DNA of 63,146 bases, the filler included, from Nemertoderma westbladi (Eukaryota; Animalia; Xenacoelomorpha): assembly GCA_032718475.1 (NCBI GenBank). It is 4 parts of 4 records of this genome, joined end to end, with 100 filler letters (N's around TTAATTAATTAA, not from the genome) between each part and the next. Parts side by side here need not be neighbours in the genome. Positions count along the whole stretch, not along the records: positions 1 to 25,879 come from JAUCBJ010002276.1; 3 more parts are not named here. One strand, 5' to 3'. The translations under genes were made by a program, and so were the position numbers. Below, in pieces: positions 1 to 10,479 of this stretch (the stretch's first letter is position 1; each line of letters begins with the position of its first letter). Below the pieces are notes generated by a model. The model saw only the letters and a list, made by a program, of their open reading frames with translations, did no database searches and had not been told where the DNA came from.

Positions 1-329
1 AAGAATGAGGTTTATCTGCCACAATTCCCAATTTCCCTATTTTTAACAAAAAAAATTGCCCTATTTTTAATAGGGGTTTTACTCCGTCTCAAAATATTGG
101 AACTTTTTCTCTAGTATGCCTATACAAAATTTGGTTGAAAATGGTTAAAATCATCAAAAGTTATTTACGAATGAATTATTTATTACGCACGGACCGGCGG
201 ACGGACCGACAGACAGACGGACATGAAATTTTCACTCGGCCTAATTAACACGATCCCGTAAGCAGCAAGCCTAACTAAGAATTGGAAACATTTTGTAAAA
301 TAATTTATTAAAACTATTATGTACATTTA

Positions 330-945
330 TGTGACGGGATCAAGGGATCCCGATTTATCCGGTTGTTTGTTTACGCGTCCCCGCCGTGTGTAAAAGGAGT
401 TATTGTAGTTCTTCCGATGTTATTGATAGTATATGTCAGTATGTATATGATATATGAAATAATGAGATAACTGAGTTAGCACAATTGATGATGGTAATAG
501 GCCTAAGTATACAGCAACTGATGGATGATGGTGGCGACGACGGTAACAAAGTCACCGTCCTGCCCTAAACTGCACTGAGATAACTGAGTGAAATGACACA
601 AAGACTGGTGATAGTTTGTTGTTCCAACGTTCTTAATAATATAGGCTAGATAAATATGTGATAGCATATAGACATGAGATAACTGCACTGAGATAACCGG
701 TAATATAGGTGACGGCGGTGACGGTCTTAACTGTCACCGTACTGCCATGACTGTACTGGGTAAACTGAATGAATGACACGGTTACCGGTAATATATATAT
801 TGCACCGTTGACCATATTGCTCACATATATGGCCATATCCGCTTATTGGAGTGATACAAGGTTGATTGGTAATCAACCTTGTAGTTCCAATATTGCTTAA
901 CGCCAACTTTATGGGGTTAGTGAGGCGGAATTGAATACGCTCACA
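330..945 (-). repeat. 3' LTR of copy A
   Basis: TGTGACGGG...GCTCACA; about 330-825 nearly identical to 8320-8815; adjacent to the purine tract on the minus strand. Confidence 0.92.
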
Positions 946-954
946 CTCCCCCCC
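946..954 (-). other. Polypurine tract of copy A
   Basis: Minus strand GGGGGGGAG abuts the 3' LTR; same arrangement at 15023-15033 in copy B. Confidence 0.85.
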
Positions 955-1423
955 ATGCTATCTTCCCGGTGAGAAGATAGCATCAACCACTAAGTGCGCT
1001 ACAATTCCGCTGGAAACTCGATCTACTATCGGGTGTGGGGTGGAGTTATTTTCTTGGAGTCGGCTTTCCAGGCCGCTCCCTATGGGTATGATAACGCTAC
1101 CCATCTGACGTCTCGTGTCGAGCCAATTGTGGACTCTCACACAATTTTAAAAGCTCTCCACTATAACTCTAATCTCTCACTCTAACTCCGCTCTTACTCT
1201 CTCCCCACTCTAACTCTCTCCCCACACCTGAATCGCACTCTAACTTCTCTCTCGCCAACAGCTCTTCTCACTATCTCCTCTCTACTCTCTGCCACTCCCT
1301 AAGGCCCTAATCTCTAATGCTACCCCTGTGCTATCATACTATCTACCTACTACTTACTTGCTAACTATCTAACTCTCCTACTCTCTACTAACTCTCCGAC
1401 TCTAACTAGCTCTACTAAGTCTA

Positions 1424-3389
1424 CTACTACTACTACTAGGTCGATCGAACTCGGACAGTGGAAATGAGATCCTTCCAGGCTTCCCGATTCTCCATAGTTG
1501 TCGCAATTTCGTTTCTCCTAAGTTCAGTATCCCTTTCAAGTTGATCTATATATGTTATGGCAGGTCGTCCACGACTACGCTTTCCATGAGTTGGTTGCCA
1601 GAAAAGTAGATCTGGTATGACCTCGTCTTTACTTCGCCAGCAGTGCCCACTGAATCTTAATCTGCGTTCACGGAGGGTGGTTGATACAGGTGGTATTGTA
1701 CCATAAAGCTCGGCGTTTGTCATGTGTTGTCTCCAGCTGATGTTTAGGGCTGCCGTTAGTAGTCTTGTGTAGCAACCATCAATTCGTTGTTCAAGTGATT
1801 TAGTCAGTGTCCAGGTCTCACTCCCATATAAAAATACACTTTCCACTGTGGCTCGAAAGAACTTAGTCTTCAGGTGCCTGGAGAGATCCGATTTCCAGAT
1901 GGTATCCATTTTTGATAGAGCTACCCAAGCCTTTGCTTTCCTCTCTTCTATGTCCTTTTTCTACTCTCTATCCATGATCCAAGGTACTGGAAGTCATCGA
2001 CCTTCCTTAGTTGATTATTATCAATGGTTGTCAAGTTTCCATCAACATTAAAGGTCATGAATTCAGTCTTTGTAGAATTTATATGCAATCCAACCTCCTT
2101 AGCAGCCCTCTCCACTTTATTTACTAGAAGCTGTGCATCTGATAGGGTATTAGAGAGCAGGGCGATGTCATCCGCAAAGTCGGTGTCTGTGACTGTAATT
2201 GCCGGATATCTACTATTTCTGCGTTCTTGAAGTGTGAATCCCAGGTCTTCACCCTTTGTGGCCGTCCTCATTGCGTAATCCAGCACAATTACAAATAGTA
2301 ATGGTGCTAATGTGTCACCTTGCAGTACGCCAGCCAGGATTGAGAAAAACTCAGTTTCACCATCCGGTGAGAGTACCTGCGCTTCTGTGTCACAATATAA
2401 CAATCCAATGCCAGCAACAATTACTTCTGGTATTCCATAAGCTCTTAGGATTTCAAGCATTTTACCTCTATGAATGGAGTCGAATGCCTTCTTGAAGTCC
2501 ACAAAAGTCATGACAGCGGGGAGATTCTTTGACTTAATTCCTTCAATCAGTCTCCGTAGTGCAAGTATCTGAGCTATTGTTGATCTACTTGGTCGAAATC
2601 CGTTTTGGATCTTACGCAGTAGTTTCTCTATGTGAGGCCTAATCCTATATAGAATCATTTTATTGTATATTTTGGCAGCTACCACAAGCAGACAGATCCC
2701 ACGATAGTTCGTTGGTATGCCGAGGTCTCCTTTCTTGGGGAGAGGCTTTAGTTGACCTTTAGTCCAAATTGGTGGTGGCTTTTCCCCTTTTAACATCCGG
2801 TTGCAAACATTCAATAATGGTCTGTTTAGCACTCCGGTTTTCCATACCTCTGCTGGGATTTCATCTAATCCACTCGCTTTATTATTGGACATGTTTTTAA
2901 TGCTTCTTTGGAGTTCGGCAGGTGTGAAGTCCCCTGTTTCTATAGGTAGTGTCTTGTCATGTATTTTCTTTGTAGGGCTGACCTCGATGTTTGGTGGCTT
3001 CCCAAGCAAGTTGCTGAAGTGATTTTTCCACTTCCCAACACGTTCTTCAGGACTATCGGCTTATAGGCGCCCCTTTGCACAACTTTTCCGACCAGATACC
3101 TCATTTACAGTTTGCCAGGTAAGTCTTGATTGTTGCTGTATGTGAGCAGTTGAAATTGCTTCAGTTTTATCCTGTATATACTTTTCCTGGCTGATGTTGT
3201 AGGCCAATTTAAGATCGTCCTTAGCTTTCTCAACCTTGTTAATGTTTTCGGTTGTTGGTTGTTCGGTTTTAACTTTGTAGGTTATCTTAAGATCTTCTCT
3301 CTTACAAGTAACCTCATAGTTTTGCCATGGCACATATTGTTTTCGTTTGGGTTTCTGGGGGATATGCCTCTTAGCTGATTCCTTTTGGG
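1424..3389 (-). mobile_element. 5'-truncated RTE-clade LINE nested in copy A (RT pseudogene)
   Basis: ORFs 3061-3333, 1948-3009 (QNGFR, DFKKAFDS, GVLQGDTLAP, FADD) and 1436-1909 (LYGSETW, RRLRFSGHCWR); (TAG)n tail directly after the stop; 12-bp TSD CTACTAAGTCTA at 1412-1423 and 3390-3401. Confidence 0.92.
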
Positions 3390-4508
3390 CTACTAAGTCT
3401 AACTAACTCCTACTAACTCTCTACTTCTACTAACTCTCTCTAACTCTTACCAACTCTTCTATCTACGTGGCGCTTAGGGTGCCCACAACCCCTCTGCTAC
3501 TACCTCTATCTTGCTACTATCTCTAACTCTACTAACTCTACTTGACTCCTCTAAGTCTACCAACTCTCTAGCCCTTTAACTAGAACTCTTTAACTCTACC
3601 CACTCTTCTAACTACGTGGCGCTTGCGGTTCCCACAACCACTCTACTATCTGGCACCCATGTGCCCGTCTCTACTACTCTACTACCTGGCATCCTATGTG
3701 CCCTCTCTACTACTCTACTACCTGGCACCCTATGTGCCCTCTCTACTACTCTACTACCTCTAACTCTCTAACTCTACTACCTGGCACCCTATGTGCCCGT
3801 CTCTACTATTCTACTCTATCTACATCTTACCCCCTTTACGTCTCCTCGCCTGCACGTGACGCTCTGAGTGCCGGCAGAGTGGGTACGTTAATTATGTGAA
3901 CTACTACTAACTCTTACTAACTCTACTAACTCTCTACTAACTCAACTAATTCTACTACTAAATCTTACTAACTCAACTAACTCTACTACTAACTCTTACT
4001 AACTCAACTAACTCTACTACTAATTTCTTGTGCCCGGCACCTCTTGTGGCCGGCACCCACCCTAATTAACATACCCTGCTCTTACATCAAACACGTCATC
4101 ACGCGCGTGCCCCACTTAGTTCAACGCATCCCCTGTATCATGGCGCTTCCAGTGCCCACAACCTCTCTACTACTAACTCTAACTACGTGGCGCTTGCGGT
4201 GCCCACAACCACTCTACCACTACTTCCATCTATGTGGCGCTTCCGGTGCCCACAACCTCTCTCTGCTCTACTAACTCTACTACCTCTATCTACGTGGCGC
4301 TTTCGGTGCCCACAACCACTCTACTACCCGCCGACTTCTAATCTAACTGTACTAACTTCCTAACTACTACTTAATTTCTGACTTTCTATTTATTTTATTA
4401 TTTAATTATTTTTATTATTTATTTTAATTAAATAATTATTTTTGCGTGGGAAGGGCGTCTCACCCTCATTCCCACCCCCTCAGTCCAAAACATTGGACGA
4501 CTAAAACT

Positions 4509-5780
4509 CTAAGGTGCCCCTTCTTCCAGTAGGCACTCTCCTACTGCCCTCTTATACGTCCTCTTACTCTTCTCCACACTTTCTTCACCAATTCCAACTG
4601 ACCAGGAATTGGTTCTCCCTCTTCCGCCACCCTAAAATCGGGTCTCTCCGCCGCCTTCTTAACTTCCTCGCCTCTTGGCATCAAAATGCTACCTCTCAAC
4701 TTGTCGATCGGCGGTATAATGCCGCCCCTGTTTTCATCCTTAATCTTAGATACTGCCTCTGCTGGCCCCCTTAGTATATGCGCTGGCTTTAAAGGCCTCG
4801 ACGATCCCCGTTTGTTCTTCGGTATACACAACGTCTGCCCATGTAATGCCCCTTCGCACTCTGTCAGTCCCTCGTGCGTATGCAACACGCCTCCTACTTT
4901 CCTGACTCCTTTATTATGTCCACCCACGGGCCTCTCTGCCCCTGGTCTAATCCTCTCACATCCTCTCCCTTTCCATCTTGTCTTCTTACTCGACCTCCCC
5001 CTTGTCGGTATGCCTCTCAACCGGACCGGCGTCTATTCCGGACACTCCTCTGGACTATTGTCCTCCTGACACTCCACCGAACGCTCCTCCGGTTTGTCCT
5101 CCGGACATCTCGCCGTCCGCTCCCCTCCATCTCCATACCGACACTTGTTGGGATATCCATTCTCTCCCACCCACTCTCTAACTGTTACTTCCTCAGGTTG
5201 TACTTTTCTCTTCTTTCTTGCCACTGTCATGCTTATAGCCATTGTTTGGCCTCCAGTCTCAGACTCTCTAGCTGCTGTGTTCTACACTCTCCGGATCTGT
5301 GTCCTTCTACCACACATCGATGACATAGTCCATTTGTGTCTGTGTAGGCTATACGATCTTGTTTGGGCAACGCTTGCCAGTGCTTACAACTCATGGTCTT
5401 ATGGGTTCCGTCCCGATGTAATTGACATTCGAATCCTGGATTATAGCGTTTCCTGTATAGTCCTTCACGTATCGCGCGTAGGTTTATATCTACCGATTTA
5501 GTGTTTTGGTTGTCTGTACTCGGCCTACTGGGTATACTGGGATTGTGTTTATATGTGGTGTTATTTTCTTTCTGTCCCTGCCACGGTGTGGTCCTACTAC
5601 CAGCTAACTGTGGGCTTGTAGCCCCCTGTATGGCCGCGTGTGGTAGCGACTGTCCGCACAACCTGTTCTTGTCCAAGGGGTTCGATGTTCTTGCTCCTAT
5701 TGGGGTATATTGTTGATATTGTGATGGGGGAATGTAATCTTCGCGAATCTCGATTCTCCGCGCGACTACCACACTCTCGA
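4509..5780 (-). pseudogene. Degenerate gag-end, protease-start and integrase-C-terminal remnants of copy A
   Basis: CKHWQALPKQDRIAYTDTNGLCHRCVVEGHRSGEC resembles copy B CSYWQASPREDQVKYAARNDICSRCVMSGHRARQC; LTECEGALHGQTL...LKPAHIL resembles LAKCEGIINSRPL...LTPSHFL; both end in EGAP-stop. Confidence 0.75.
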
Positions 5781-6178
5781 TCGGCAGCTATATCCCGTCT
5801 GGAAGCTTCTCTTCGATCCCCACTGCTGTTCTCGACTTCGTATCGGTACGTCATGTACCCCTCTCTTGGTGTGCGGTGCGTTTCTCCGGGGCGACGGCAA
5901 CTAACTCCATCTCTACTATCGACGGCTCGCTATCCGTCCTCGCTCTCCAGTTGCTTCTAGCAACGACTCTTCTATTATCTTTGCTTCTTCTTTTTTCGAC
6001 CTCTCGGTTAAACTCTACTAATCTTCTCTCTTCTGACTGGGCTCGACGTTCCGTCGCCCGCCCTCTCACGACGTCGACCTGTCTCTCTCTGCTCGACCGC
6101 ACGCCGCTGGGGATACTCGCAATCCCCCTATTATTCTCCATCGCCGGGTGTTGCGGTTTACCTAATTCGGCCCGCGCA

Positions 6179-7864
6179 TTATCCGCCGACGCCTGTGGGA
6201 CACTCTCTGCCCTCCCCCCCCCCCCCCTTCTCGCCACTAATCTCTCGTGGTGGGGCGCCCGTAGCCCCTCCCCCCCACCTGCCGCATCTAACTTCACTAT
6301 CTCTTACTACGATTTTGCGTCCCTCTTGTCGGACACTCTCTACCCCCCCTCTCTCGCCACTAATCTTCCGTGGTGGGGCGCCCGTAGCCCCCCCCCCCCC
6401 CCCCCCCCACTCGCCACATCTAACTTCACTATCTCTTACTCCACTTCTACACCCCTCTCTAGTCGACGCACTGTCTCTACTGCGGTTGGGTCTATTCACC
6501 CCCGCCTCTCTCTCCACTACTGCATGGCCTATCAGGCCCCCCTCGGGTTGACTTAACCCCGCCACCTCCTGCCTACTAACTACGTGGCCTACCAGGCCGC
6601 ACCCTTTGGGTTGGCTCAACCCCGCCATTTCCTGCCTACTAACTACGTGGCCTACCAGGCCCCCGTTGGGGTTTCTCGCCCCCGCCACTCTCTGCGCACT
6701 AACTGCGTGGCCTGCCAGGCCCCCGTTGGGGTTATGCACGTCCGACACGTTCATATTAATAGCACCATTCCCAATATTATCTGTTAGATCAATTAAATCC
6801 CCAAAATCAATTAAATCATTAGAATTTGAAACGGGATTATTATTTAAATTATTATTATTTTCTAAATTTAAATTATTATTCGAATTATTTTGCGCGTTTG
6901 AATTGAAATTATTATTTAGATTATTTGTATTTAAATTTAAATTACTACTACCAGGTAAAATATTTCCTGTAATAAAGGGATTAGGGTTATCTACTACGGT
7001 ACTATTAATACCAACATTTCCTAACGTACTTCTACTACCCCCCCCCCCCCCCCCCCCCCCCCCGCCCGTACAGCTACACCAGTTCTGGTTCTCTCGCCCG
7101 GTGCCTGTAAGTGGGGTCTCACTCTCTGATAGTCCCAACTGCGCCAGTTCTAGTCGGCGCTGATTCAGTTTGGCTTGATATTGCGCAAGCCTCCCTAGCC
7201 GGGCATGCAAATCATCCCGCACGCGTCTACCCTCTATCTCTCTCTCTCGCATACTCTGCTCGGTCAACTCTGCCCCTCTCGCAACCATCTCAAACCGCCT
7301 TGCCAGCTCGCTCTCTACTCTCATCTCCCGCTCTCTACACTCCTCAGCTCTCTCTCCACACTCCTCGGCTCTCTCTCTATACTCCCTTGCCAACTCTCCT
7401 AACCTCTCTAATAATGCGGTTTCCTCTCTCAATTGTCTCTCTAATTCGTTCTGATCTAGCGCCGCACCTCTCAATTTATACGCCAGATTTATCTCCCGCA
7501 CCCTTCTTTCTTTTGCGGAGGATGTAGCAGACTTATCTGTTGCTACAAACTCCCGCCGCCCCTCCGTCCCACTAACTTTCCCCCGCCTCCCGGAACTTCC
7601 TCCGACCAACAAGACCGAATCCTCGGGGTTAACCTCGGATTCACCCTCCTGCGGTCTCCTCCAACCCACTAATTTTACTCCCCGGGCATCGACTGAGTAT
7701 GGCCCTATGTACACTACACTAGGCTGCATACCCCTACACTCCCATAGTTCAAACAGTTCGCTGGCAACCCCTCTCGCTCTCTCGCTGGCTAGTTCTGCCT
7801 GCCCAAAACGCTTTAAATGGTCAAAATATCTGTTCGACTCACCTAGCTGCCTCTTCAACTTCAC
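6179..7864 (-). CDS. Gag-like N-terminal ORF of copy A (coiled-coil, Asn-rich, short repeats); continues after a frameshift in 5851-6297
   Basis: Homologous to copy C ORF 57175-57939 (LFELWECRGM.P.VVYIGPY) and copy B ORF 24654-25733; start codon uncertain. Confidence 0.65.
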   Translation of the reverse strand: MKLKRQLGESNRYFDHLKRFGQAELASERARGVASELFELWECRGMQPSVVYIGPYSVDARGVKLVGWRRPQEGESEVNPEDSVLLVGGSSGRRGKVSGTEGRREFVATDKSATSSAKERRVREINLAYKLRGAALDQNELERQLREETALLERLGELAREYRERAEECGERAEECREREMRVESELARRFEMVARGAELTEQSMREREIEGRRVRDDLHARLGRLAQYQAKLNQRRLELAQLGLSESETPLTGTGRENQNWCSCTGGGGGGGGGGSRSTLGNVGINSTVVDNPNPFITGNILPGSSNLNLNTNNLNNNFNSNAQNNSNNNLNLENNNNLNNNPVSNSNDLIDFGDLIDLTDNIGNGAINMNVSDVHNPNGGLAGHAVSAQRVAGARNPNGGLVGHVVSRQEMAGLSQPKGCGLVGHVVSRQEVAGLSQPEGGLIGHAVVEREAGVNRPNRSRDSASTREGCRSGVRDSEVRCGEWGGGGGGATGAPPRKISGERGGVESVRQEGRKIVVRDSEVRCGRWGGGATGAPPREISGEKGGGGEGRECPTGVGG

Positions 7865-8319
7865 CTGGTCTATCTCGGCCCCTCCTTTCGCTTATCTTAA
7901 CTGCTCCCGGGTCGCGGCGTAGGCTTGTCGGAGCCGGTCTCTGACCCCGACGTCCTCGTCGCTGACATCTCATCTATCCCTCCGGGTCCGGCGTCGTACC
8001 GGCGGCCCCACCGTCGCCATTCCGGTGGGCCGTCCATCGCCCTCGGCCTGTGGCTGGCCGGCAACATCGGTATGTCGACCGCCGTCTTACGTCGACTCGT
8101 CTCTCCCTTCTCGTTGTAGACGGCCCCCCTTCTCTTGGATTGCCGGATCGCTCGTAGTCGACGGATCTAGCGTCGTGGGTCGATACCGTCTCGCCATGCC
8201 CTCGCGGATTGTTAGGTTGTCATCCGGGGTCCGCAGTGGTGTCGTCTCTCTCCCTTGACTCATCTTTACTCTGTCGGTGGCTAGCAGTCACAGTCTCAGG
8301 CAACTTGGGTGTTTGTTAC

Positions 8320-9067
8320 TGTGACGGGAACAAGGGATCCCGATTTATCCGGTTGTTTGTTTACGCGTCCCCGCCGTGTGTAAAAGGAGTTATTGTAGTT
8401 CTTCCGATGTTATTGATAGTATATGTCAGTATGTATATGATATATGAGATAATGAGATAACTGAGTTGGCACAATTGATGATAGTAATAGGCCTAAGTAT
8501 ACAGCAGTACTGATGGATGATGGTGGCGACGACGGTAACAAAGTCACCGTCCTGCCCTAAACTGCACTGAGATAACTGAGTAAAATGACACAAAGACTGG
8601 TAATAGTTCGTTGTTCCAACGTTCTTAATAATATAGGCTAGATAAATATGTGATAGCATATAGACATGAGATAACTGCACTGAGATAACCGGTAATATAG
8701 GTGACGGTGGTGATGGTCTTAACTGTCACCGTACTGCCGTGACTGTACTGGGTAAACTGAATAAATGACACGGTTACCGGTAATATATATATTGCACCGT
8801 TGGCCATATTGCTCACTCAGTCGATGCTTGCCCCCCATTGGCTGATAAACTAATTGTCGCCCTTTCACCTCCCTTGGAGTGTTTCCCCTCGGTGCTGTTA
8901 TTCCCTCTCTCTCAGGGGTGTAACCCCTATTGTGTGTGTGTTCTCTGGGGTTTCTCCGTCCCACTTTGTTGGGGTGACACGAGGTTGATTGATAGTCACC
9001 CTCGTGTTCCCCAATATTGCTTAAGGCTCACTTTATGGGGTGGTTAGCGGAATTGAATAAGCTAACA
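8320..9067 (-). repeat. 5' LTR of copy A
   Basis: TGTGACGGG...GCTAACA, followed by TSD ATTTA; on the minus strand a TATA-like run (about 8782-8792) lies upstream of an Inr-like TCAGTT. Confidence 0.92.
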
Positions 9068-9322
9068 ATTTAGATTAAATAATAATACAGCAAATAAGTA
9101 AGCTTACACAAATAATCACTTTTGTAAAACAATAATTTATTTCATTCATCATTTACTAAACTGATAAACACACACCTCAGGTTGTAGTGAATATTACTGT
9201 AGTATTAATTTTAATAATATTGATGTCTTTGACCGCATACCTAAACACACACATCTCCACCTACCGGATGGATAGGGAATGAATGAACTCCTACCAACAG
9301 TCTGCCTATCAATGCTGATTAA

Positions 9323-10479
9323 GGGGGGGGGGGGGGGGGGGTAGCGCATTTTCTGACCAAAAAGTCGAAATTTTGAAACATATCCTATCTAATGCAGAAT
9401 TTCATGGTGACTCCAAATATGGAATTCCATCAACTTCAGGACCCTCATAAACCCGTATAACGCAAGAAACAAGATGATACTATGAACTGATCAATTTGCT
9501 TATATTAAAAAATTTGGTGCTGGCACAACAATTTTCACCCACCGGCGAAAAATACAAGTTTGAAAACTCTTATGAAATTTTTACTGATTCCATTGAATTC
9601 AGAACCATCACAAACCCGTATAACGCAAGAAACAAGGTGACACAATCAATTGATATATTTGATGGTTTTCAAAATTTGGTGCTAGAACCTCATTTTGCAC
9701 CCACTTCCGAAAAATACAAGTTTGAGATGTCTAATTTGCACTACTTATTTTTTTCGTTCCCAGGGGGCACATTTCAAATTACCATTGTTTTGTATTACCC
9801 CCGTGAACTTTTTTATGGCTGTCAATTTGGGTTAAAGGTTAATAATATAATGATTTCATCATAGTCATTCACTACTGTACATGGAAAGCCAAATAGTCTC
9901 TATACAAAGATTATAAAATTAATCGCCTCCCGTTAGCGGCAGACAGCAGAATAAAGATTTCACTAAAAACATTACTACTCCCTCAATCTTAATCCAAATT
10001 TCAAGGAAACATTTTTTATACTCAGCGCCATCAAATCTATAAAAGTTATTGCCATTTTAATTTTGATTAATTTATTAGCTTTTTATTTAAAATAGGTAAA
10101 TTACACAAAAATACAAATATTTATCAAAATTTCATAAGATAACGTTTAAAGAACTGTTGAAACCACTTCCAATGAGACAAATTAAAGAAATTTGGTGGAA
10201 AAATAGCGGATGATTATTAATTTGAAAATGAAAAATGTTATTCCGAGAAAATTGACTTTGAAAAATATCTGGCTGTGGGGTCTGATTGGTTAATAACTAT
10301 TTCACCACCCATGGTGAAAATAATCATATAATATACTTTCAGTTTAAGATAACAAAGTGCACGCATATATAGTTTGTAAGTAAAGGGATGAACAGACCGA
10401 CAGACGAGGTACCGCAGTTTATTTCTGTTGATAAAACGGGATTGAAGTCGGTAATTTAAAGATTCCACCACCAGGAGCC
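9323..10479. mobile_element. Possible non-autonomous TTAA-targeting DNA transposon (Kolobok-like)
   Basis: TTAA|GG at 9319-9324 and CC|TTAA at 10478-10483; non-coding; TIRs weak. Confidence 0.35.

Larger units (their letters stand above)
330..9067 (-). mobile_element. Non-autonomous, internally deleted BEL/Pao LTR retrotransposon (copy A)
   Basis: Direct repeats TGT...ACA at 330-945 and 8320-9067; 5-bp TSD ATTTA (325-329 and 9068-9072); PPT at 946-954; internal gag, protease and integrase remnants align by eye to copy B. Confidence 0.92.
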
